In this document: piece by piece, positions 1 through 9,999 of the stretch
How the letters are laid out: every line of letters starts with the position of its first letter
Position numbering within the stretch: position 1 is the stretch's first letter
Assembly (NCBI GenBank): GCA_030141605.1
Contig: JAQGDQ010001803.1
Coordinates: 1 to 24,873, forward strand
Length of the DNA stretch: 24,873 bases
Direction: 5' to 3'
Source: Tubiluchus corallicola
Lineage: Eukaryota > Animalia > Priapulida
Translations under genes and position numbers: made by a program
The notes under the pieces: model-generated
Databases searched by the model: none
What the model was told of the DNA's origin: nothing
What the model saw: only the letters and a program-made list of their open reading frames with translations

Positions 1-389
1 CGTAGCTTCAATCTACAGGACTGCACTTGAAATCTGTAAGTAATTAACATTAATTGTGTAAATAATTAATTTACAGATTTTTGTCGACTTTTAGATACGC
101 ATGTAAACTTGCCAGCACGTAGTATGTACCGGGCTGATGACTTAGTTTATAGAATTCGCTCTGCAAGTTAAAAAAGATTCTGTAGCACCTGGTAGGTTAA
201 AGTGTTTATTTTACATGGAAACGTGATGACGTCATTTTTTATCTAAAATCAACGCCCCCAAGCGTAAAGAATCACGACTTTAAATTGATTTCACTAATTA
301 CACGAGACGCTTATCAAAATTTTATTGCTGAAACTTTCTAGCATATGAAGATAAGTTCAACATCCCGAGAGACTTGACTTTTCCTTTAA
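1..389. mobile_element. Right end of a TTAA-flanked Kolobok/T2-like non-autonomous DNA transposon (left end probably outside the window)
   Basis: Ends GAGAGACTTGACTTTTCCT-TTAA, a 19/23 match to the terminus of the element ending at 16142 (GAGTGACTTGTTCTTTCCT-TTAA). Internal extent not established. Confidence 0.45.
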
Positions 390-663
390 ATATTTAGACC
401 AACTGACAGGTAAATTGGCGAATCAGAAACACGTAAATATTAGAGTGAAAGTTTTATATGAACTCCATTACTAAATACCGTTATTGACAACAATGTTGAA
501 ACCGTGTCAGTATTTTACTATGTCAAATTATACGTACTCGTAATATGCAAGTCTCTATAGCCTTATTTTCCTTGAACGTTTTTACAAGAGTAAATTACTA
601 AATACCGCTAATGCCTACAGGGTTGTAAACGTGTCAAAGTCTCCCCGCTCAAGAGAAGAAAGA

Positions 664-688
664 ATATATATATATATATATATATATA
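664..688. repeat. (TA)n microsatellite
   Basis: Direct reading. Confidence 0.9.
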
Positions 689-939
689 GCACGTCAACTT
701 ACTAATAGGCTACTCTATTCAGCGGTAAATTCAGAAAGGTAAAAATAAACTTATTAATACGGTAATGCGGTCAAGACACGGTTCTCTTAAACAATTTTCA
801 AGCAAATCGGACTAATGCCATAATAAAAAAAATTAAACTCATTTGGCACCACATTTGCGGGAGGGGGGGGGAGTTGCTGTAATTATAATGTTTAAACTCT
901 GTAAAAAATTGTTTACTGTTAGGTTTGAACTAGTTTCCT

Positions 940-1470
940 TTAAAGCAAAACCGAACCTAATCTTAAACTCTACGTCAAAGCAATCTACTCTTCAAAATAG
1001 TGAAATGAAACAGACTATTTTTTTCAGGAATGACTTATGTGAAAGAATTATTACCACACAAACACAATTTCACGTTCACGCCACTAGTTCTTCACTGTTA
1101 CATGCATTTTCCTATTTGCTAGTTAGACTGGCACTAGCGTCTGCATTTCGGAAACGCATTGCAAAAGAGTACCTCTCAATTTAGATGTGTTAGTTTGAGA
1201 CGTACTGCATACATTGGAAAGCTCATACGTGAATATCTTACAGTAGCACTGTACTTAAATTTTCGCTTTCGCAAACACGTGTAACACGCTCGTGGAATAT
1301 TTTTGCTCTTGAAAATTATGTTAGTTTGTGATGTCACAAGAAGTTGGTCTCGCCAGGAGTAAATTGAGATTTTAATCTATTAGAAACGCTTTTCCAGTAT
1401 TATTGGTGTTAAAATGTATCAGGCTTGAAAATGGGGAAGCTGATGAAAAATCATCCTGTCTTTCCTTAAA
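940..1470 (+). mobile_element. MITE family A copy 1 (Kolobok/T2-like), with internal deletion
   Basis: Colinear with 14877-15492 and reverse complement of 4124-4742; begins TTAA-AGCAAAACCG, ends AATCATCCTGTCTTTCCT-TAAA; lacks about 60 bp present in the other copies. Confidence 0.85.
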
Positions 1471-2211
1471 TTTTAAGATGATTGAAAATGAACAAGGTGA
1501 GACGGTGACAGTTGAAAAGCTCAGCCCACAAACTGAATGTAAAAGAAATAAAGATTTTAATCGCATTATTTTCATGATTGTTTTTCATCACAAGCAGGTT
1601 TGATTTGCATGTAAATGCTACTGTAATAAATAAATGCCCATCACGTGACTTAATATTTCAATAATAAACAACAATAAGCTCAGAAAACCGAACAATCATG
1701 AATAAAAATGATCAGAAAATAAATTTAACAAACTGTTACTACTACTACTGGCTGCATTTGTTTACATTTTACTAGAAGACAAAGACGTTTTAATTAATTA
1801 CTTTTAGCAGATAACAAAAAGTGAAAACGTGGACTAGTTTGTGTGATAGACAGATGAGCAATTTTTTAAGTAGAACAAAAATAGATTTGTTTTCTATACA
1901 CGTCAAACAGCTTTGCCCTGGGGAAAAATTCGTGTTTTCTTTTAAACTGTCTTACGTTCAATAACACCTTCCACGCTTGTCACAGTTCTGCAATGAAGAA
2001 CGCAATGATTAATGAAGCCTAGCTTTCCAATGTGTCGCTAAAATCTTCTTTTGTCTACGGAGTTAGTAGGACGATCATCTGGGTCACTAACCCCTGAAAT
2101 TTGTTATTTAAACTTTGCTGATGTATTAATTAGCTACTATTTGAGCCACTTACACGTGTGTCTATACAGTGCTTTTATTAATATTAGACAATTGTTTTAT
2201 TAAAATTTACA

Positions 2212-2232
2212 ATGAAAATGCAAGCCATATTG
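2212..2232 (+). CDS. Coding exon 1 (MKMQAIL), start of signal peptide
   Basis: ATG 2212 (alternative ATG 2218), consensus donor GTAAGT at 2233, phase 0; joins exon 2 to give a complete signal peptide. Confidence 0.7.
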
Positions 2233-5200
2233 GTAAGTATAATATACAATCTATTTTAAGTAATAATAGTACAATAAGTAAAAAAATTCTTTATGTTAAA
2301 AGTACTTGTTTTGCATCTTGCACAGTGAACTTTAGAGTTTGTATGAAGGATTCGGACCATTTTGTTATAACATATACTAGGCAAGTTTGACAGCTTGATT
2401 CGTTATTAATTTGCAAACTTTGTTCTTAATTTAATTTCAAAGATTAAATGACGTCAAATATGAAGTTCATTTTGGACGTTGAATTTTCATTTTGCTTACG
2501 TCACGCACAACTTACGATTTTTGTCGCTTTGAATTTTGATTAGTCAAATGAAACCTCGTTCCAGGATGATTAAACAAACCCCGTTCCAGGATGATTAAAC
2601 AAATTCGTTTATATGATAATGTAAATCGATATTGTAATTAAATGCAAAACATGCAGAAAGTGTTGCTTGGTTTTTGTAAAGTTCCTTTATACTTTCACAC
2701 TGAAATAGTTTGTATTTATTTTGCGTACTTAACTTGTCTTGTACTTTCATAAGTGAAAAAGTCATTATTCAGGATACAGAGGGTTCAGGCTTAGTGAGTT
2801 TTCATGCCAAGTAACTCGTCAAGTAACTCACAAGCGTGGACTCACAGTAACTGTCGCAGAGTTTGCAATAACTTGCCGACAGTAACTCACACAGTAGTTC
2901 ACACGCTTGCGAGTTTGCTGTTAGAAAGAAAGGCTAGTCTAAACGCGTCGTAAATACGCCAAGTAAATAAATTTCATTTCTAGACAAATTTATTTTCCAT
3001 CACACACAGACAATAATCAAAAACAAGTGTTGATATAAAAATCATGTACTATAAAACAATCATTAAATCTGCATGTACTTGTGTGTTTTATATTGTACTA
3101 ACCATGTACCATGAATTTTGTACTTTCAGTGTATTTGCATGTACTTGTGCGTTTTATATTGTACTAACCATGTACCATGAATTTTGTACTTTTAGCTGTA
3201 ATTTCACTTTCTATACACTGCCGATATATTTAACGATGTTTTTATGGACATAAAATTCTCATAACTTCAGTTCATAGTTCAGTTCATAGTTGTATTATCA
3301 ATAAAAAAATAAAAATAAAATAAAATAGATGTCTTTATGTTTCTTTGTTAAAGTAAATGAAATTCTTGTAACTATATTTTGTAAAATGTGTAATTGTACT
3401 TGTAATATTATAATCACATTATAATTTATTTCACTTGCAATTTATTCATTTTAGTTAATTTTCGCTTTCTACAAAATTATGAATTTTTCAGGTTCTGACA
3501 GTTGTGGTGGCATTTGCGACCAGTGATGGTCAATACTCGGTCAATTTAGGAAATCTTGCTTCGAATGTTCGCAAAGCTGAAAAGGCTTTAGAAAACGGTA
3601 AGAAAAACTATCTTAATGAGCCAGGCCCTAATCGATTAGAGACAGGGAGAGAGGGAGGGAGATACCTACTCCCCCCTCCCCCATGAAGCGTTTCCTCCAA
3701 TATTAGAAAGAAATTTATGTGCTTACTGACTAAAATAGAAGATATTCTTTCGCAGTAAACAACTTGTATTGCACGCTTCTGCTAAACAGTGGTATAACAA
3801 TTCTAATGACCCCAGTTCGGGCGAGCCATTAGTCAAAGGGTTGTCTGTTGTACAAAAGCACCCTACGACCTGTGGAGAGACAGTTGGGTGAATAGTGGGT
3901 CCATGTGTTGAGATTTCACTAAATCATCAAAGGTGAATTACATCCTACGATGCTTCATAGTGTAATAATTAGAGCCTTCACGTCTGCCATAATTAGGCTT
4001 CCCAGATGTACGCCTAGGTGTATAATTGCTTTATTAAAGGTGGGTTGGATAGTTACTGGACAGCCCTGTGGAATGTACCCCACCTGCATCAAAAATAGTG
4101 CATGGAATAAGATGTTGTGAGGATTAAAGGAAGACAGGATGATTTTTCATATACAACCCCATTTTCAAGTCCGATAAAAAGTTTAGATTTTAACACAATT
4201 AATACTGCAAAAGAGTTTCTGATAATTAAATAATAAATTGAAATCTTACTTAACGACGAGAGAGCCAGCTAATGACGTCACAAACGAACACAATTTTTAA
4301 AACCATAAACATTCCACGAGCGCATTGCACTTGTTTGCGAAAGTGAAAATTGAAGTACAGTGCTACTGCACAACATTCAGTCTGATTTACAAAAACTAGG
4401 TAAGTTTTAAGATAAAAATTCAAATTTCAAATTTACCGCTGTACTCACGCACGAGTTCTCGAACGTGTGTAGTTCGTCACAAACTAACACATCTGAACTT
4501 GAAGGTACAGCACCCGTTTTTTGTGCAATGCTTTTCCGACATGCAGGCGGTAGTGCCCTAACTAACGAATGGCGAAATACATGTACAAGCAAAGAACTAG
4601 TGGCAATGAACGTGAAATTGTGTATATAACTTAACAACTCTTTTGCGTGTCATTCTTGAAAAAATAGAATGTTTCATTTCAATATTTTACAGAGTAGTTT
4701 GTTTTGACCTGCAGTTTAAGACTTGGTCCGGTTTTGCTGTAAGCAAGGTAGCTTAGACATTGGTTTTTCTATGCTAAGTTTCAGAGTTCACTGATCAAAG
4801 TTTTGCTGTAAGCAATGTAGCTTAGACAGGTTTTTCTATGCTAAGTTTCAGAGTTCACTGATCAAGGTTTTGCAAAAGATGTCCCATTTAAATTTTTATA
4901 TATTTTTCTAATATATAATCTACATTGATCCGAATATGTAAACATTGTATAGGTATGTCGAAATACTCATTAATAAGCATAATGTGATTAAATAATACTG
5001 AAAAATATAAACTGTGATTATTAGCAACACCATCAAGATGATTATTTTATTAATTAAAATTACATCACAACAGATTCTGACATTTTATTTTGATATCTTT
5101 TTTACAGAGCTTGTACCATGTCCTCAAGGTTTTGACCTCAGCTGGCCATCGACTGAGTTGCCCCCCTTAGCAGTTGTTTCTACAGTAACCGGTGAACCAG

Positions 5201-6216
5201 TATCGTTACCCGAATTCACTTGGTGTATGGTGAGTATGAACAGCCAACGATGTTTTAATTCTTTGTGCATCTCATTTCTCGAGTTAAAAATGTGTTAGAC
5301 GTTTTTTAATTGTCAAATACAGACTTACAAATAACTGGAACTTATTAAGAAAAGAAAGTTTATCTATATACACTAATAAGCCTTCTCTTAATGTACAAAG
5401 GAGTTCAATTCCTATAAGTTCATTTTCAAACACCTAGTTACTTATTACTGTATCAATTTCTTTACTGGTCTGTTTATTCGTTACCTATTTGACTTCTGTT
5501 AACTACTTAATTAGTGCATAATAGGCTCTTCATATATGAACTGGTTGTATGCCTTTAAATTTGCCACTGATGATGAGAGCAGCTAGTCGAAACGTTTGGC
5601 ACAATTTTAATTTTTTAATGTGAAAATTTTAATAAACTTTTCGTTTTTGACTATAAATGTTTTTAATTTCCTGTAATAAAAATACAGAATCAGTTTAATC
5701 GATTATAAGGTTTGAAATCAGAAAAAAGTCGATTCACGATCCAGATATCAATCAAGCTAAAATCAGCTGTCAAAAGTGAGATTGCGTCTGCAACAACGCA
5801 TTATTTTCGTTTTTTAAATGATGAAGAAGAAGAAGTATTTATACTTTTATAAATGTCTTTATTTCGAACAAAAGATGTTAGACGTGAAGATAAAGCTGTT
5901 AGCGAAGTGACAATTTTTTCTTAGACTTTTAATCAACAAACAAACAAACAAATATAATATTTCTGTAGGTATATAATTAAGATTTTTGATTTATCCACGT
6001 CTACACATTATTTATGTATTATTACTATTATTATTATTATTAATATTATTATTAATATTAATATTATCATTATCATTATCAATCATTATCATTATCATTA
6101 TCATTATCATTATCATTATCATTATCATTATCATTATCATTATCATTATCATTATCATTATCATTATCATTATCATTATCATTATCATTATCATTATCAT
6201 TATCATTATCATTATC

Positions 6217-6248
<32 letters not shown>

Positions 6249-6680
6249 AGTATTTAATGTCACTGAATCAGAATCTTACAATTTTTGATAAAGTCAGAAA
6301 CGTATACTTTTTTTTGTTTTCGTAGTGGTTGAAACCTGATCTTCCTACCGATCCAGATGACCTGCAGATGTCTGTTTCGGCAGGTGACATAAGTCTTGCC
6401 ATCGCAGGCGGCAATTTGTTGTTCTTTGTAGCTGGTACTTTCATGTAAGCAAATTTAAATTGTAGCTGCGCTCATGTGTAGATCCAGCTTCTCATAACTC
6501 TCGTTGGGCAATTTCACATGTAGCACTGCTATAGAACGCAGATCATGCACATGTCTATAAAAGAAGTTTTTCAGGGGGGCGATTGACTGACTGATTGACT
6601 TACTGACTCACTGACCACCTGACTGACTCATTGGCCACCAGGCTGACTGGCTTATAACTGAGTCTGACTAACTGAATTAA

Positions 6681-6747
<67 letters not shown>

Positions 6748-9177
6748 GCTGTTGTTGTTGTTGTCGTTGTTATTATTTCCTATAAGCAAAAACCATGCTG
6801 AATGTTCATGCATAAAATGCTTTTGTGGGGATTGGCTAGTTGTTTTATAATTATTTGTATGATTTACAGAGAAATAGATGAATTTACAAGTCAATTTCTG
6901 AGTGACGACATGTGGCACAATTTGTGCATGACTTGGAAATCCGGGGGAAACATGAAGGTTTATTTAGATGGGGACGAGTTAGGTAAGTGATGAGAAAAAC
7001 AAGTGAACGTGCTATTTCTTCAACATGTTTGAGCATGAGTAAACAACACAGTTTAGACAATATGGCGGACATCCTTAATTTTTGAAATTGATTTAATCAA
7101 AAGTGCGAGACAGCAAGCCTAGTGCTGAAATTTTGCCCCAAGTTCAAACACCCAATCTTCGTTTCTCACCCAAAATAAACACGAAATTACTCGTATTGCA
7201 TCTTTCTACTGGGCCCTATTGTTTAGGTGAAGAAAAAATCTAAGAACAGATGATTAAAATATGAAATAAAATTAGATGATATTTACAATGAGATGATTAA
7301 GCAGATTATAACACAATAACAGTTTTTGGTTAACTGCGTACAGGGGGCGTTTCAACACTTTACGATGCTCTAGGCTTATGGTTCAATCCCGCCCATCTCT
7401 AATGTGAATTTATGGTTGCTTATGTAATGGGGAGATTAAACAATTATTTGTGGTGTATTAGAAAGACTTTTAACCTAGTTTCAATATGATCTTTATTAAT
7501 TACAATGTGACAAACGTACAGACTAGAAACTACATTATAGATTAGACGTTTTAACACAACGTGGGTATGACAATAGACCTTACCTAGTTATGACAATAGA
7601 AAATACCTAATTATGACAATAGACACACCTCGTTATGACAATAGACAATACCTAATTACTGACAATAGATAATGCGTAATTATGACAATAAACCTTGCAT
7701 AGTTATGACAATAGACGTTACATAGTTATCACAATAGACCTTACATAGTTGACAATAAACCATACCTCATTATGACAATGGACCATACCTAGTTATGACA
7801 ATAGACAATGCCCGGTTATGGCAACAGTATTTTTAATTGTAAATTCATTTTATTGTGCAGCACTATTGCTCACAGTTGTGGAACACTGATTATATTATCA
7901 ATTTTTCAATGTGTAGTTTACCGTTCAATGATTTGCAAGTTTTTTTAACAATATAGAACTTTATTACGTTACTATTATGTATATTGCCCATGTACTACGA
8001 CGGTATTTGGGTAAATAAACTGAATTGAATTGTACTAATCGGTCCTACTGGTTTGTAGGTAGCGAGGCTGCCTCCACAGGTGACATTGATATCAAAGTTA
8101 TTACGATTTCACCGGACAGTTACACCGGACTCATGACCGACGTGTTCATATCCTCAACAGAGGGAACCACTGATACGATAGGTAATAAAACATTAAATTG
8201 AATTAACCTGTACGATTTTGTCGTCATTGTTATGGCGCGTTCATACCAGCCAGTTTTCTCCCTGACAAGAAAGCACGCTATAGATCAATCAATCAATCAA
8301 TCAAAACAAATAATAGTACAATTATGTCAATACTGTTCAAGACATAAAATAAATTATATCATTACACAAGCACAAGAGTGAAAATTAAAATTGTCAGAAT
8401 TAAAACGAGGTTCTTTTGTAAAGAAAATTGTAAATTATTAATTGTAAATCATTAATATTTTTATTTATTTTTTAGCATTGAAAATGAAGCGATGATCTGC
8501 ACTGATAAACAACATCTTAATATTGGAAGAATAATTTTCTTTATTTCTTTGTTCTTCTGTTTTTATATAAACTTTTTTCTTGATTTTTTTTATTACACAG
8601 AACCGGAAAAAGCGAGTACGAAAAGCAAAAAGCGATACATCATTATATGCAGGGACATTGTACCTGCTCGTGTTTTAAACTGTGATAAACTGAGAAACAA
8701 TTATTTACAATACCGTCAATTATAGCTTACGTAGTTATCAGATAGTAAACAAGCAACATTGACAACAATACAAACAAACAAACAAACAAATACCAATCAT
8801 CTATGGGATCTAACATAATTTATGTATGCGGTCTAAAACGGGGGGGGGGTAATGCTTGTGTGCTCTAGCACAGTATCCTACGTATTATAGACTTTTACAA
8901 CATTCGACATCCATATATGCATAAAAACAGGTAAGATACAAAATTAAGATAACCTAGGCTGGAGAGTTTAGATTTCAAACCAAAATTAAAACTTGATCTT
9001 CGTTTATAGTTTTTTCAAGATGCAAATAGCCTTTTTGCAACGTTTTGTTTTCATTATTTTGTTTTTTTATAAAGTCTAATTATTTTTGCTATACTCAATA
9101 ATGATTTACGATTAAAATGTTCATACATTTGTGTGTGTTACACACACACACACGCACATGCACACGCACACACACAA

Positions 9178-9208
<31 letters not shown>

Positions 9209-9439
9209 AACACACACTCATGCACACACACAAACGCACACACATGCGTACACGCACATGCACACGCACATGCACACCCACACACGCACACGCACACGCA
9301 CACACACACACACACAAACACACATACAAACACACGCACACACACAAACGCACACACATGGGCACACACACAAACGCACACACATGCGTACACGCACATG
9401 CACACACACACACGCACACACACACACGCACACACACAA

Positions 9440-9470
<31 letters not shown>

Positions 9471-9690
9471 AACACACACTCATGCACACACACAAACGCA
9501 CACACATGCGTACACGCACATGCACACGCACATGCACACCCACACATGCACACGCACACGCACACACACACACACACAAACACACATACAAACACACGCA
9601 CACACACAAACGCACACACATGGGCACACACACAAACGCACACACATGCGTACACGCACATGCACACCCTCACACGCACACCCACACACG

Positions 9691-9746
<56 letters not shown>

Positions 9747-9951
9747 CAAACACACACTCATGCACACACACACAAACGCACACACATGCGTACACGCACA
9801 TGCACACGCACATGCACACCCACACATGCACACGCACACGCACACACACACACACACAAACACACATACAAACACACGCACACACACAAACGCACACACA
9901 TGGGCACACACACAAACGCACACACATGCGTACACGCACATGCACACACAC

Positions 9952-9999
<48 letters not shown>

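Noticed and set aside
134-170. Other CTGANGA hammerhead cores (134, 1440, about 19348, 23043 and minus-strand hits)
   Set aside because: No correctly spaced GAAA with flanking stem I pairing.
467-640. ATTACTAAATACCG repeated at 467 and 594
   Set aside because: Old degenerate duplication with no further structure I can support.
843-1603. Track ORFs of 66-113 aa, and similar ones at 4407 and 15282
   Set aside because: They lie in MITE family A copies whose indels do not preserve frame.
3780-4120. Higher-GC stretch in intron 2 as an extra exon or SINE
   Set aside because: Exons 2 and 3 already join in frame; no convincing ORF, pol III boxes or second copy.
5986-6918. Poly-Ile, (IM)n and poly-Asn ORFs
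   Set aside because: Microsatellite translations within introns.
7326-7480. tRNA or tRNA-derived SINE (B-box-like GGTTCAATCCC at 7380-7390)
   Set aside because: No cloverleaf, weak A box and no second copy in the window.
7566-7826. Conserved TATGACAATAGA plus variable part as a mini-CRISPR
   Set aside because: Variable parts are about 11 nt and related to each other; it is a degenerate minisatellite.
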